Positions 10,768-21,088 of a stretch of 64,000 nucleotides of DNA are shown piece after piece. The position numbers and the translations under genes were made by a program. The DNA lies in contig OZ241863.1 in the NCBI GenBank assembly GCA_965203055.1, positions 4,493,820 through 4,557,819 on the forward strand. Reading direction: 5' to 3'. The notes below the pieces were generated by a model. The model did no database searches. It was not told the DNA's origin and saw only the letters and a program-made list of their open reading frames with translations. Within the stretch, counting starts at the first letter, position 1. Every line of letters starts with the position of its first letter. The stretch is from Spirochaetia bacterium (lineage in GTDB: Bacteria; Spirochaetota; Spirochaetia; SZUA-6; Bin103).

Positions 10768-12138
10768 TTACTGGTTCCCCGAGACCAAGTCCACATACGA
10801 GGTCTCGGGCCCCGGGGTTACCGCGCTGCCGGCGATGAGGCGGTCCAACAGCTTGTCGTTGCGTAGTTCGGCGTGCACGTGATGGATCAGGTGGTCGCGC
10901 TCATACTGCATGCGCAGTTCCTCCACGCTGATCCCGCGGGCCTCCGCCCGCGGGGTCAGAAAGACGTCCAGGTCCTCCTTGTTGACCTCGATTCCTTCCA
11001 TCTCCGCCAACTCGTCCCGCAGCAGGCCGACGCGCGCGCGGCGCTCGACCAGCGGCCGGCACTGTTCCAACACGCCCTCCTTGGTCACCCCGCGGGCGGC
11101 CAGCGCTGCCTCGTACCGCTTGGCGTCGCCGCCGAAGCGGGCAACGATCTCGCGCCACTCGATATCCAGCTCGGCGGCGATCAGCGATTTCGGCAGGGAC
11201 ACCTGCGACGCCGCCAGCACCTGGTCCATGAACTGGAGGATGAGTCGGTCACGCACCAGCCGATCGGCATTGCTCTGCAGTTGGCGGCGCAGGTCGGCCT
11301 TCAGGTCGTCCAGCGTCTGGAAGCGGTCGCTGATGTCCTGGGCGAGTTCGTCGTCGAGGTCGGGGAGCTTCTTCTCCTTGATCGAGGTCACCGTTACCCT
11401 GAGCGTCACCGTACGACCGGCCAGGTCGGAATGCCGGTAGTCGGCGGGAAACGACTTGGTAATTACCTTCTCGGCGCCGCGCGCCATTCCCTCCAGCTCG
11501 GCATCCATCTCGTAGATGTTGTACCCGCTGCCGACCTCGAACACGAAGTCACGGCGTTCGCTGTCCGCCACCGGCTGGCCGGCGGCATCCAGCTCGACGT
11601 AGTTGACCGTCACCACGTCGCCGTTCGCCACCGCCACCTGGCCGGCGGGGTCCGCCGGCTTGTCCAGCACCTCGGCGTTCTGCTCCTGCAGCCGGTTGAG
11701 CTCCGGCTCCAGGTCGGCGTCGGTGATCGTGACCTGGGGGCGCGACAGCGGCAGATTCTGGTACGCGCCAAGCACCACCAGGGGCGTGGTGTCGTAGGTG
11801 ACGGTGAAGGTAAAATCTTCGCCGAGCGCCAATTCGGAGTCTGCGCCCACCGTCGGCGGAGCGAACGGCAGCGGCTTGTGCTCGATCTCCGCGACCACCT
11901 GGAGCACGGTCTTGTTGATCACCTCGTCGGCGGTCTGGGCGAGCAGCGCCGAACCGAACTTGCGGATCAGCACCTCACGCGGCGCTCTACCGCGCCGGAA
12001 GCCTTTGATCTGGGCGGTGCGGCGCAGTTTGGAGACGATGCGGTCGTAGATCTCCCGGATGCTGCTGTCGGCCACCGTGACGGTGAGGCTGACTTCGCGG
12101 TCGTCGGAGACGGATAGATCCCGGGTAGTGACGTTCAC
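10768..12138 (-). CDS. tig: Trigger factor
   Basis: GFRRGRAP ribosome-binding loop, FKBP-like middle domain, LPDLDDELA; tig-clpP-clpX order. Confidence 0.93.
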   Translation of the reverse strand: MNVTTRDLSVSDDREVSLTVTVADSSIREIYDRIVSKLRRTAQIKGFRRGRAPREVLIRKFGSALLAQTADEVINKTVLQVVAEIEHKPLPFAPPTVGADSELALGEDFTFTVTYDTTPLVVLGAYQNLPLSRPQVTITDADLEPELNRLQEQNAEVLDKPADPAGQVAVANGDVVTVNYVELDAAGQPVADSERRDFVFEVGSGYNIYEMDAELEGMARGAEKVITKSFPADYRHSDLAGRTVTLRVTVTSIKEKKLPDLDDELAQDISDRFQTLDDLKADLRRQLQSNADRLVRDRLILQFMDQVLAASQVSLPKSLIAAELDIEWREIVARFGGDAKRYEAALAARGVTKEGVLEQCRPLVERRARVGLLRDELAEMEGIEVNKEDLDVFLTPRAEARGISVEELRMQYERDHLIHHVHAELRNDKLLDRLIAGSAVTPGPETSYVDLVSGNQ

Positions 12139-12160
12139 TGCTGCTGCCTGGGCTTCGACG

Positions 12161-12232
12161 AGCGGGAAACGGGATTCGAACCCGCGACTTCCACCTTGGC
12201 AAGGTGGAGCTCTACCACTGAGCTATTCCCGC
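12161..12232 (-). tRNA. tRNA-Gly(GCC)
   Basis: Cloverleaf GCGGGAA/TTCCCGC, anticodon loop TTGCCAA, GTTCGA. Confidence 0.96.
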
Positions 12233-12237
12233 TGGAT

Positions 12238-12319
12238 TGCGAGAGAAGGGACTCGAACCCTTACGCCTCGCGGCACCAGATCCTAAATCTGGCGTGTCTG
12301 CCGATTTCACCACTCTCGC
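12238..12319 (-). tRNA. tRNA-Leu(TAG)
   Basis: GCGAGAG/CTCTCGC, anticodon stem CCAGA-TTTAGGA-TCTGG, long variable arm. Confidence 0.96.
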
Positions 12320-12387
12320 TCGTACCGGAGTGCGCCGTTCCCCAAATCCGCCGGACGCGAGGCCCGCGGGCGCGGACCCCGCGGCAC

Positions 12388-12460
12388 TGAGCCGTGAAGG
12401 GATCGAACCTTCGACCCGCAGATTAAGAGTCTGCTGCTCTACCAGCTGAGCTAACGGCCC
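12388..12460 (-). tRNA. tRNA-Lys(CTT)
   Basis: GCAGA-CTCTTAA-TCTGC anticodon arm, GTTCGA. Confidence 0.96.
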
Positions 12461-12581
12461 TCGACGTCCTGCGGCCACTCGGTTCCGTGGTGCGCGCCAT
12501 CGCCACTGCAGGACCTGATACCTCCTCGCCGTCACGCGGCGCCACCCCCCGGGTTTCGTGGACTCGGACAACGTTCTGCTC

Positions 12582-12655
<74 letters not shown>

Positions 12656-12668
12656 CAGAACGTCGGCG

Positions 12669-12741
12669 GGTGGGTGATGGGGCTTGAACCCACAACTTCC
12701 AGATCCACAGTCTGGTGCTCTACCATTGAACTACACCCACC
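12669..12741 (-). tRNA. tRNA-His(GTG)
   Basis: G-1 and C discriminator, CCAGA-CTGTGGA-TCTGG. Confidence 0.95.
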
Positions 12742-12790
12742 GAGTGATGCGAACCCGTCCGGCCCGCGCGCACGTCGTGTCGCGAAGCAT

Positions 12791-12820
12791 AGGGTACGCA
12801 GAGCCGTCCGGCGCTGTCAA
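12791..12820 (-). promoter_or_regulatory. Putative sigma70 promoter of the His-Arg-Lys-Leu-Gly tRNA cluster
   Basis: TTGACA-N18-TACCCT on the minus strand. Confidence 0.5.
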
Positions 12821-12882
12821 CCCATGGCCGCGGCGGCAGCGGCAGCAGCGGGCGGCGGCCGCCGGCGCGGCGCCCGGTCCGG

Positions 12883-13293
12883 TCAGCGGCGCTGCAGGTC
12901 GAGGGCCGCGGAGTTGACGCAGTAGCGCAGGCCGGTGGGCGCCGGTCCATCCTCGAACAGGTGCCCCAGGTGAGCCTCGCAACGGCTGCACAGCACCTCG
13001 GTGCGGCGCATGAACAGGCTGTTGTCCGGTGCGGTCCGCACGCGCTCCGCGGCGACCGGGGAGCTGAAGCTCGGCCAGCCGGTGCCGGAGTCGAACTTGG
13101 CGGCGGAGTCGAACAGCTCGTTGCCGCAGGCTACGCAGCGATAGGTGCCGGCCTCCTTGCTCTTCCAGTAGGCGCCCGAGAACGGCGCCTCGGTGCCCTT
13201 CCTGCGGGTGACGTGGTACTGCTCGGGGGTGAGCTCCCGGCGCCACTCGGCGTCGCTCTTGCGCACCTGCGGCGCGCGCCGGTCGTTGCTCAT
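12883..13293 (-). CDS. msrB: Peptide-methionine (R)-S-oxide reductase
   Basis: [36 protein letters not shown] 13293 after GAGGA. Confidence 0.96.
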   Translation of the reverse strand: MSNDRRAPQVRKSDAEWRRELTPEQYHVTRRKGTEAPFSGAYWKSKEAGTYRCVACGNELFDSAAKFDSGTGWPSFSSPVAAERVRTAPDNSLFMRRTEVLCSRCEAHLGHLFEDGPAPTGLRYCVNSAALDLQRR

Positions 13294-13389
13294 TGCGCTT
13301 CCTCCTCGCGCGGTGCCAGCCGCCGCCGGCAACGCCGCGCGCCAATCTGACCATGAACCGATGCCGGTGTCGACCAGCCGGCGGCGCTC

Positions 13390-13947
13390 CTACAGGCCGA
13401 GTTCATCCGCCGCTTCGCGCAGCGCCAGGATCACGGTGCGAATCAGGTCGTCGAGCTCCGTCCCCAGCATCCGGGCGCCCCGCATGATCACCTCGCGGTC
13501 GACCCCGGCGGCGAAGTTGGCGCTCTTCCACTTCTTCCTGACCGACTTCACCTCCAGGTCGCGCACGCTCTTCGACGGCCGCACCAGCGCGCAGGCAGTT
13601 ATGAACCCGGTCAGTTCGTCGACCGCGTAGAGCGTCTTCTCCAACTCGGTGCGCGGCTCCACGTCAGTGCAAATCTGCCAACCGTGGGACATTACCGCGC
13701 GCCCGCAGGAGTCGGGCCAGCCCTTGGCATTGAGGATCTGCGCGGTCTTGCGGCAGTGCTGCGCGGGAAACTTCTCCCAGTCCAGGTCGTGCACCAGGCC
13801 GACGACCGCCCAGCGTTCGGCGTCCTCGCCGCGGCCGCGGGCGACGTACTCCATGGCGGCGGCCACCGCCCGGCAGTGGTTGCGTAGCGCGGGGCTGTCG
13901 ATGTACTGGTGCAGGAGCTCCTCGGCGTCCTTTCGCGTCGGTTCCAT
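13390..13947 (-). CDS. HD-domain (HDIG-type) hydrolase
   Basis: LRNHCRAV, GLVHDLDWE, AVDELTGFI, KKKWK-like FAAGVDR; 3' part of the long track ORF. Confidence 0.85.
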   Translation of the reverse strand: MEPTRKDAEELLHQYIDSPALRNHCRAVAAAMEYVARGRGEDAERWAVVGLVHDLDWEKFPAQHCRKTAQILNAKGWPDSCGRAVMSHGWQICTDVEPRTELEKTLYAVDELTGFITACALVRPSKSVRDLEVKSVRKKWKSANFAAGVDREVIMRGARMLGTELDDLIRTVILALREAADELGL

Positions 13948-14058
13948 GGCGCCGATTGTACGCGCCGCGGCGGCCGGCTGGCCAGCCGGCCGCCAGCTCC
14001 GCCGGCTGGGCCGCGGGTGACACGAGGCGCGCTGCAACAGTAATGTTTCGCGGATTCC

Positions 14059-15600
14059 ATGGCCAATCTCGTCAGCTCCTACCTGGCGGCTACCCCCGCT
14101 TCCCAAGTAACCGCCGCGATGGCGGGTTACGTCGCCGCTCTGGATCAACTCTACGACGCCGCCCCCGAAGTCGCCGCCGCCGTGGTCCGGGAGCTGGCCG
14201 ACCAGCGCGCCCACCTGAAGCTGATCGCCAGCGAGAACTACGCCTCCCTCGCGGTGCAGGCCGCCATGGGCAACCTGCTCACCGACAAGTACGCCGAAGG
14301 GGTGCCGGGGCACCGCTTCTACGCCGGCTGCGCCAACGTCGACGCGGTGGAACGGCGCGCCGCGGCGTTGGCGCGCGACCTGTTCGGCGCCGACCACGCC
14401 TACGTGCAGCCGCACAGCGGCGCGGATGCCAACCTGGTGGCCTTCTGGGCCATCCTGGCGGTGCGGGTGGAGCAGCCGCGGCTGGCCCGGCTGGGGGTGA
14501 AGTCGGCCCTGGCGCTGGCCGCGGAGGATTGGGAGCGGCTGCGCGCCGAGCTGGGCAACCAGCGCCTGCTGGGGATGGAACTGGGCGCCGGCGGGCACCT
14601 GACCCATGGCTACCGTCCCAACGTTTCCGGGCGCATGTTCGAGTGCCACGGCTACGGGGTGGATTCCGCTAGCGGCCGTCTGGACTACGAGGAGCTGGAG
14701 CGCCGTGCCCGGCAGGTGCGTCCCCTGATCCTGCTGGCCGGCTACAGCGCCTATCCGCGGGCGATCGATTTCCGCCGGCTGCGCCGTATCGCCGACGCCG
14801 CGGGGGCGGTGCTGATGGTGGACATGGCCCACTTCGCCGGTCTGGTTGCCGGCGGCGCGCTGCGCGGCGACTACGATCCGGTGCCGTTCGCCGACGTAGT
14901 GACTTCCACCACCCACAAGACGCTGCGCGGCCCGCGGGGGGGCCTGATCCTGTGCCGCGAGGAGTTTGCCGAAGCGGTCGATCGGGGCTGCCCGCTGGTA
15001 CTCGGCGGTCCGCTGCCGCACGTCATGGCGGCCAAGGCGGTGGCCTTTGCCGAAGCCGCCCGGCCCCGGTTTGCCGGCTATGCGCGCCAAGTCGTAGCCA
15101 ATGCCCGGGCGCTGGCCGCGGCGTGCGCCGACCACGGCCTGGAGGTCGTTACCGGCGGCACGGACAATCACCTGCTGCTGCTGGACGTCACTCGCTGCGC
15201 GCTGACCGGACGCCAGGCCGAGTCGGCGCTGCGCGACGCCGGGATCATGGCCAATCGCAACACCCTCCCGGGGGACCGCAACGGCCCCTGGTACACTTCG
15301 GGGTTGCGCCTCGGCACGCCGGCGTTGACCACGCTCGGCATGCGACAGGAGCAGATGGCCGCAGTCGCCGCGGCCGTTGCGCGGGTGCTCGCCGCCACTA
15401 CCCCCGCGGCCATCGTCAAGGGGCGCCGCGCCGGCGCCCCCAGCCGCACGCACTACCACGTCGACCCGGCGGTACGGTCGGCCGTGCGCGGCGAGGTAGC
15501 GCACCTGCTGCGGCGGTTTCCGGCCTATCCCGAGCTGGATCTCGCGACCCTGCAACGCCTCCTGGCAGGCGCCGAACGCACGCGGCCGGAACCGGTCTGA
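14059..15600 (+). CDS. glyA: Serine hydroxymethyltransferase (long-insert form)
   Basis: [38 protein letters not shown]. Confidence 0.97.
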   Translation: MANLVSSYLAATPASQVTAAMAGYVAALDQLYDAAPEVAAAVVRELADQRAHLKLIASENYASLAVQAAMGNLLTDKYAEGVPGHRFYAGCANVDAVERRAAALARDLFGADHAYVQPHSGADANLVAFWAILAVRVEQPRLARLGVKSALALAAEDWERLRAELGNQRLLGMELGAGGHLTHGYRPNVSGRMFECHGYGVDSASGRLDYEELERRARQVRPLILLAGYSAYPRAIDFRRLRRIADAAGAVLMVDMAHFAGLVAGGALRGDYDPVPFADVVTSTTHKTLRGPRGGLILCREEFAEAVDRGCPLVLGGPLPHVMAAKAVAFAEAARPRFAGYARQVVANARALAAACADHGLEVVTGGTDNHLLLLDVTRCALTGRQAESALRDAGIMANRNTLPGDRNGPWYTSGLRLGTPALTTLGMRQEQMAAVAAAVARVLAATTPAAIVKGRRAGAPSRTHYHVDPAVRSAVRGEVAHLLRRFPAYPELDLATLQRLLAGAERTRPEPV

Positions 15601-15610
15601 AGGGCCGCGT

Positions 15611-15684
15611 CGCGTCCAGCGCGACTCGAACGCGCGACCCGCAGCTTAGAAGGCTGCTGCTCTATCCGACTGAGCTATGGACGC
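15611..15684 (-). tRNA. tRNA-Arg(TCT)
   Basis: GCGTCCA/TGGACGC, GCAGC-CTTCTAA-GCTGC. Confidence 0.95.
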
Positions 15685-15709
15685 AGGAGCGGGGTGACGC
15701 CGCGGCCGC

Positions 15710-16276
15710 CTAGGACGCGGCCTCCGAGCCGGCGCGGCGCTCGGTCGGGCTGAAGTGGAATCCGGCATCGTACAGATAGCCTTCCGCGCGCTCTCGTTCC
15801 GCAGGTTGCTCCAGCGCGGCCGCCAGTTCGGCAGTTGCGCACAGGTAGATGTGGCTGCCCAGGTCGCCGCCGCGCGTCAGGAGAAACGGCGTCGGAACCT
15901 GGCTCGCGGGGTCGAACTTGCGGCACTCTCGAACGGCAACGGACATCATCTCGTCGGCGTCGGTGTCGTGGTGATGCAAGGTCATCACCGCCAGATAGCG
16001 GCCGAGCGGCTGGTACGGCGGCGGCGCGGTTGCGGGCCAGTGCCTCAGGTAGCCTTCGATCATGTACAGGCCCACGATCCCACCGGGCCATGAGCGGTCG
16101 GGATCCGGCTCCTCCGCCCAGACCAGGACGGAAGGCGCGTTGTGTTCCCGCCCTTCGACTTCCCAGCTTGCGGAGCGTTCCAACCAGCGAGTCGTGGGGC
16201 AGGCGGTCAACATCAGTGCTGCCGCCGCCAGCAATGGGGCCGCAGCCTTCGCGTGCAACGCTCGGCTTGTGCTCAT
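15710..16276 (-). CDS. Hypothetical lipoprotein
   Basis: Basic N-terminus, hydrophobic stretch and lipobox LTAC; ATG 16276 after GGAGG. Confidence 0.6.
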   Translation of the reverse strand: MSTSRALHAKAAAPLLAAAALMLTACPTTRWLERSASWEVEGREHNAPSVLVWAEEPDPDRSWPGGIVGLYMIEGYLRHWPATAPPPYQPLGRYLAVMTLHHHDTDADEMMSVAVRECRKFDPASQVPTPFLLTRGGDLGSHIYLCATAELAAALEQPAERERAEGYLYDAGFHFSPTERRAGSEAAS

Positions 16277-16377
16277 CTTTTGTTGCACCTCCACCGCAAC
16301 GGTAAGCATACGAGTCTTGCGCGGGCAAGCGTTCGGCTCCCATATATCGACAAATGCGGCGCGGTACCCGCAGCAGA

Positions 16378-16450
16378 TCGGGATGAGAGGACTCGAACCT
16401 CCGATCTCCTGCTCCCAAAGCAGGTGCCCTGGCCCCTGGGCTACATCCCG
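16378..16450 (-). tRNA. tRNA-Pro(TGG)
   Basis: CGGGATG/CATCCCG, CCTGC-TTTGGGA-GCAGG. Confidence 0.94.
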
Positions 16451-16461
16451 GATACCTGATG

Positions 16462-16490
16462 ACTATAGGAATGGCCGGCCCCGCGGTCAA
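16462..16490 (-). promoter_or_regulatory. Sigma70 promoter of tRNA-Pro
   Basis: TTGACC-N17-TATAGT, 11 nt upstream of the tRNA. Confidence 0.7.
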
Positions 16491-16519
16491 CCGGCCGGCG
16501 CGGTGCGCGCGGGCCGCGG

Positions 16520-17752
16520 CTACACGAAGTCGCGCAGCGTGACCGGCCGCCCGCCGCGTTCGCCTCGGCCTGCCAGGCGCGCCGCCAAGGCCGCGGTGGT
16601 GACGTCCAGCAGCACGCCGGTGCCGATCAGCAGCGGCGCAATGGGCTGCATGATCAGGTAGCCTTCCCGCAGGCCGTGCCCGGACAGGGTCCACAGCAGC
16701 GCCAGACTTGCCATGGCGCCGTGTCCGGGAGCGGCGCCTGCCGCGAAGGAGATGAGGATGGTGAACAGCGCCGCCCACAGCACCTGGCCGGAGCTTACCT
16801 CGAAGCTGGTGTAGGAGCGCAGCACCAGCAGGTAGCTCAGGCCGGTCACGAGGCCGGTTCCCGCGCGCCCGAACAGCGTGAACAGCGGGACCGCGGCGGA
16901 GGTCACCATGCGCGGCAGCCCGAACGATCCGCGCCCGTGGACCAGCAGCGAGCCCGCGCCGACGTACGCGTCGCCGGTAACGGCTCCGGTCAGGGCCGGC
17001 CCGAGCGCGGCGTAGAGCCACCGGTAGGGGTTGGTGCGCTCGCCGAGGAGGTAGAGCAACGCCGGGAACACGCCGAGGTAGAGCACGATGACGACGATGA
17101 CGAGGACGATGATCAGCTCCCGGTACAGCGCCAGCTCGGCGGCCCCGAGCGTGAGCAGCATGGCCGCGCTGATCACCACGATGGCAATCCAGAACACTTC
17201 CGCCACCAGGGCATTGATCTGAAAGAACAGCCGTGACAGGGCATCGGTGAGCTGCAGCAAGGGGGCGGTCGCCGCGGCGTCGAAATCGATGTTGAAACCC
17301 AGCACCAGCGCCAGCACGACCACCGGCAGCAGCAGCGCGCCGTCGCTGACGAGCGCCTGGAACAGGTTGGCCGGCACTACGCCGGCGGCAGTCTCCAGCA
17401 GGCCGGGAAGCCGGTAGGTCCCCGGATCGGCGATTACGACGATGGGAATGCGCTCCGGCGCCAGCAACAGCACGGAAGCGATGCCAACACCTGTCAGCAG
17501 GATGGTGCTGCCGGCCAGACAGAGCGCCAGGCGCCGGTAGACGCGCCACGCCGCGCCCGCAATGCGCAACTCGTGGGTGCCGATGACCAGTCCGAAGAAG
17601 ACCACGGGGAAGACCGCGTAGCCGCCGAACCGGGTGGCGAGGCGCGCCAGCGACGGCGCCAGCTCGGCGGCCGGGCCGCCGCGCCGGCTCAACAGCGCCC
17701 CAATCAACAACCCGGCGCCGGCCGCCAGGATGGTCTTGAGCCAGATCTTCAT
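16520..17752 (-). CDS. Dicarboxylate/amino acid:cation symporter (DAACS family, divergent)
   Basis: Polytopic membrane protein; VVPANLFQAL, FTLFGRAGT, overall DAACS layout. Confidence 0.7.
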   Translation of the reverse strand: MKIWLKTILAAGAGLLIGALLSRRGGPAAELAPSLARLATRFGGYAVFPVVFFGLVIGTHELRIAGAAWRVYRRLALCLAGSTILLTGVGIASVLLLAPERIPIVVIADPGTYRLPGLLETAAGVVPANLFQALVSDGALLLPVVVLALVLGFNIDFDAAATAPLLQLTDALSRLFFQINALVAEVFWIAIVVISAAMLLTLGAAELALYRELIIVLVIVVIVLYLGVFPALLYLLGERTNPYRWLYAALGPALTGAVTGDAYVGAGSLLVHGRGSFGLPRMVTSAAVPLFTLFGRAGTGLVTGLSYLLVLRSYTSFEVSSGQVLWAALFTILISFAAGAAPGHGAMASLALLWTLSGHGLREGYLIMQPIAPLLIGTGVLLDVTTAALAARLAGRGERGGRPVTLRDFV

Positions 17753-18681
17753 CGGGTCCAGCGTTGCCGAGGCAATGCGCGGCAGTCAACGGCGGCCCGA
17801 GGCGGCGGGCCGCCCGCCTCCGGGCCGCCTGCCATGCCGCGGTCGATCGACCAGCGCTGCGCCAGCGCCTCGTAGCGTTGCGCCTCGCCGAGTCGGCCGC
17901 GCTTGCGACAGCCGGCGGCGTAGATCCGCGCCTTGCGGGCCAGCTCCGCGCAGGCCGCGGCGTGGCGGGGAGATGCCGCCCCGAAGTGGCCGGCGGCAAC
18001 CAGGTCGTGCAGTGCCCGCAGGCGGAAGATTTCGATCTGGCCGTAGCGTTCCGATAGCTGATCCGCGTGGCCGGCGCGTTTGACCACCAGTTCCTGCATG
18101 ACGCAGCCCACGCGGTAGCGGGCCGTCAGGCGCAGCCAGAGTTCGTAATCCTCCGCTATCTCCAGGTCTTCGCGAAAGCCGCCGGCCTCCTCGAACGCGG
18201 CGCGGCGCAACAGCACGGTCGACGGTCCGATCACGCACTTGCGCAGCGAGTCGAGAAACAGGTCGCCGCGGCGCCGGTGGCGTTGCCCGCGCTGCGAGAT
18301 CACGCGCCCGCCGCGCAGCCAGCGCTCCCGGGTGTGCGAAATCACGGCCCCGGTTGCCGCCGCCGCGGCCACCTGCCGCGCGAGCTTCTGCGGCAGCCAC
18401 AGGTCGTCGGAGTCCAGGAACGCCAGAAACTCGCCGCGCGCCAGGCGCGCGCCGGCGTTGCGTACCTGTCCCGGCATCCCGCTATGCGCCTGGCGCAGCG
18501 TGCGCGCCTTGGGCCGGCGCGCCAGCGCAGCGCCGGTCGCGTCGGTGGAACCATCGTCCACCACGATCAGCTCCAGCGGCCGATAGCTCTGCGCCAGCAC
18601 CGAGTCCGCGGCCTCCAATACCAGCTTCGCGCGGTTGTAGGTGGGAATCACCACCGATACCAGCGGTGAGCCGACCGGCAT
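17749..18681 (-). CDS. Glycosyltransferase family 2
   Basis: VSVVIPTYNR, VVDDGSTD, FLDSDD, EDYELWLR. Confidence 0.93.
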   Translation of the reverse strand: MPVGSPLVSVVIPTYNRAKLVLEAADSVLAQSYRPLELIVVDDGSTDATGAALARRPKARTLRQAHSGMPGQVRNAGARLARGEFLAFLDSDDLWLPQKLARQVAAAAATGAVISHTRERWLRGGRVISQRGQRHRRRGDLFLDSLRKCVIGPSTVLLRRAAFEEAGGFREDLEIAEDYELWLRLTARYRVGCVMQELVVKRAGHADQLSERYGQIEIFRLRALHDLVAAGHFGAASPRHAAACAELARKARIYAAGCRKRGRLGEAQRYEALAQRWSIDRGMAGGPEAGGPPPRAAVDCRALPRQRWTR

Positions 18682-18804
18682 GCGGCGATGCTACCGGCAT
18701 GATGCGGCACCTGCCAGCGGCCACCGCGGCCGCGGCGTGGCCCGCGCCGGGCCGCGGACTCCGCTTGCGCAAACCTGCGCGGCGCGGCAGGCTCGGCGGG
18801 CGCC

Positions 18805-19329
18805 ATGCCACTGCCCGATCGAATTGCGCTGGTGGGGTTCATGGGCTCGGGCAAGAGCACCGTGGGAGGGCTGCTCGCCGCGGCCCTCGGCTACCGGTCG
18901 GTGGACCTGGACAGCCTGATCGAGGAACAGGCCGGAACGCCGATTGCCGAGCTGTTCCGCCGCGAGGGTGAAGCGTCGTTTCGCGCGCGCGAGTCGCGCC
19001 TCCTGCTGCAGCTCGGCGCGCGGCGCGGCGTGGTGATCGCCACCGGCGGCGGCGCGCCCACGCGGCCGCGCAACCGCGAGTTCCTGCGCTCCCGGTGCCG
19101 TACCTTCTACCTGGAAGTCAGCGCCGCGGAGGTGCGCCGGCGGCTTGGCGCCGACCGCGGGCGGCCGTTGCTCGCCGCCACGCTGCAAGGGATCGAGGAG
19201 TTGCTCGCCGCGCGCCGCGGCTGGTACGCCACGGTGGGCGCCGCCGTACCGGCGGAGGGCCGTACGCCGGCGCAGGTGGCGGCGGCGATTCACGCGCTGC
19301 TGCAGCCCCGCCCGACAAGCTCTCCGTGA
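18805..19329 (+). CDS. aroK: Shikimate kinase
   Basis: GFMGSGKS, DLD, GEASFR, ATGGG, RPLL. Confidence 0.95.
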   Translation: MPLPDRIALVGFMGSGKSTVGGLLAAALGYRSVDLDSLIEEQAGTPIAELFRREGEASFRARESRLLLQLGARRGVVIATGGGAPTRPRNREFLRSRCRTFYLEVSAAEVRRRLGADRGRPLLAATLQGIEELLAARRGWYATVGAAVPAEGRTPAQVAAAIHALLQPRPTSSP

Positions 19330-19333
19330 AGGT

Positions 19334-20077
19334 TCACCATTGCGCTTGCGCCGCCGCCTGCGGATGGCGCTCCAGGAGGGCGGCCAGATCGACGCGTCCT
19401 TCGTACCACGCCTTGCCGATGATCACCCCGATCACCCCGGCGGCGGCGCACTCGGCCACCGCCGCGACGTGCGCGGCCGAGCCGATTCCGCCGGACAACA
19501 GCACCGGCCGTCCGGCCGCGCGCGCCACCGCGCAGGTGCGCGTGAGGTCGGGCCCGGCCAGGGTGCCGTCGCGGGCAATGCTGGTATACACGATGCCGCG
19601 CACCGGTTGAGTGCTGATCCGCGCTGCCAGTTCGGTGTCGGCGATGCCGCCGCGCTGCTGCCAGCCGTGGGTCTTCACCTCCCCCCGGTCGGCGTCGATC
19701 CCGGCCACCAGACACCCCCCGACCTGCGCCGCCCAGCGCTCCGGCAACTCCGGGTCGCGCGCCAGGGCGGAGCCGATCACTACCCGGTCCACGCCCAGCT
19801 CCACGAGCCGCCGCGCGTCGGCCGGGGTGCGCACTCCGCCGCCGACCTGGAGCCGCAGACCTACCGCGGCGCGGATGGCGCCGAGCACCCGGCGGTTGTC
19901 CCCGCTGCCGCGCGCGGCGTCGAGATCGACCACGTGCAGCCACGCGGCGCCCAGGTCCTCCAGCTCGACCGCGGTATCGACCGCGTTGCGCGCATAGTCG
20001 GTGGCGGCGGCGAAGTCGCCGCGGGTAAGGCGCACCGGACGGCCGGCGAGCAGATCGATTGCCGGCAGGATCAGCAT
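19334..20077 (-). CDS. hisA: ProFAR isomerase
   Basis: ILPAIDL, LHVVDLD, QVGGGVR, TSIARDGTL, SGGI; ATG at 20077. Confidence 0.93.
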   Translation of the reverse strand: MLILPAIDLLAGRPVRLTRGDFAAATDYARNAVDTAVELEDLGAAWLHVVDLDAARGSGDNRRVLGAIRAAVGLRLQVGGGVRTPADARRLVELGVDRVVIGSALARDPELPERWAAQVGGCLVAGIDADRGEVKTHGWQQRGGIADTELAARISTQPVRGIVYTSIARDGTLAGPDLTRTCAVARAAGRPVLLSGGIGSAAHVAAVAECAAAGVIGVIIGKAWYEGRVDLAALLERHPQAAAQAQW

Positions 20078-20592
20078 GAACGGGGCTGCGGTTCTGCCGG
20101 TCGGGACGGCGCGCCGCGGCTGGCCGAACCGCGCGTCACTTCCTCCTCGAAGGCTTGGCAGAGCTGCTGCTGCAACTCCTGTTCGGTCATGTCCCGCGCC
20201 AGGAGACCGGTGAAGAAATCGCGTTTGCTGAGGCGGCAGATACCGGACAGGGCGGTGAGGTAATCGCGATGCCGGTCCGGGGGGGTGGCCAGTACGAACA
20301 GCAACTTCACCGGCTGCCCGTCGAGGGCCTGGTAGTCGATGCCGATGCGCGAGATGCCGAGGGCAATCGTGACTTCGCTTACGCCGTCGGTCTGACCGTG
20401 GGCGGCGGCCACGCCGTGTCCGATGCCGGTGCTCTGGATACGCTCGCGGCGCATCACCGCCTGCTCGACCGCGGCGCGTTGCGCTCCGTCGGAGAATACG
20501 TGGGCGCGGCCCACCACCTCGTGAATCGCCGCGAACTTGTCCGTGTTCTGCAAGTTGTCGACCACGGTCCCGGGCATGAAGCAGCGCAGCAT
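20071..20592 (-). CDS. PTS IIA (Ntr/fructose-type) domain protein
   Basis: RERIQSTGIGHGVAAAH phospho-His motif; LDGQPVKLLF. Confidence 0.88.
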   Translation of the reverse strand: MLRCFMPGTVVDNLQNTDKFAAIHEVVGRAHVFSDGAQRAAVEQAVMRRERIQSTGIGHGVAAAHGQTDGVSEVTIALGISRIGIDYQALDGQPVKLLFVLATPPDRHRDYLTALSGICRLSKRDFFTGLLARDMTEQELQQQLCQAFEEEVTRGSASRGAPSRPAEPQPRSC

Positions 20593-20737
20593 TGGGAACG
20601 ATCCAATCGCAAGCTATCAACCGCCTTTGCCGGCCGTCAAGCTGACGCGCGACCGGACGCCGCGCCGGGACCGGCGCCTGGCTATCCTGGCTATCGACGG
20701 AGCGGCGCAGGACGAGTATATTGTATTGACAGACTCA

Positions 20738-20811
20738 GGGGGCGTAGCTCAGTTGGCTAGAGCGCGTGAATGGCATTCACGAGGTCGTGGGTTCGATTCC
20801 CTTCGCCTCCA
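20738..20811 (+). tRNA. tRNA-Ala(GGC)
   Basis: GGGGGCG/CGCCTCC with G3:U70; anticodon loop ATGGCAT; upstream TCGACG-N17-TATATT. Confidence 0.95.
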
Positions 20812-20815
20812 TAGG

Positions 20816-21088
20816 TTAGCGCCGGCGCCGCTGGAACAGCGGGTGCAGGTACTGGTCCAGGTTCCAGCGTTTCTGCACCCAGCGCATCACCGCGCCGTAG
20901 AGGAAGAAGGTCACCACGATCGGGACGCCGATGATCAGGAACCCGATCAGGCCGGCCGCCGGACTCGAAGCATCCCCGAACAGTCTCGATGCCGCCACGA
21001 AGGAAGCGATCAGCAGCGCTCCCATCAGTAGCAGGTTGAACACCGTGGCGGCGACGATGAACAGGGCGGTGTTGGCTTTCTTGTTCAC
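20816..21088 (-). CDS. Small two-helix membrane protein coupled to lspA
   Basis: MNKKANT..., two hydrophobic segments, 4-nt overlap with lspA stop. Confidence 0.75.
   Translation of the reverse strand: MNKKANTALFIVAATVFNLLLMGALLIASFVAASRLFGDASSPAAGLIGFLIIGVPIVVTFFLYGAVMRWVQKRWNLDQYLHPLFQRRRR

Noticed and set aside
12461..12581. Structured spacer between tRNA-Arg and tRNA-Lys (GTCCTGC 12466-12472 / GCAGGAC 12508-12514) as a possible ncRNA
   Set aside because: No SRP, tmRNA, 6S or riboswitch motif recognised; a short GC-rich stem is unremarkable in a tRNA precursor
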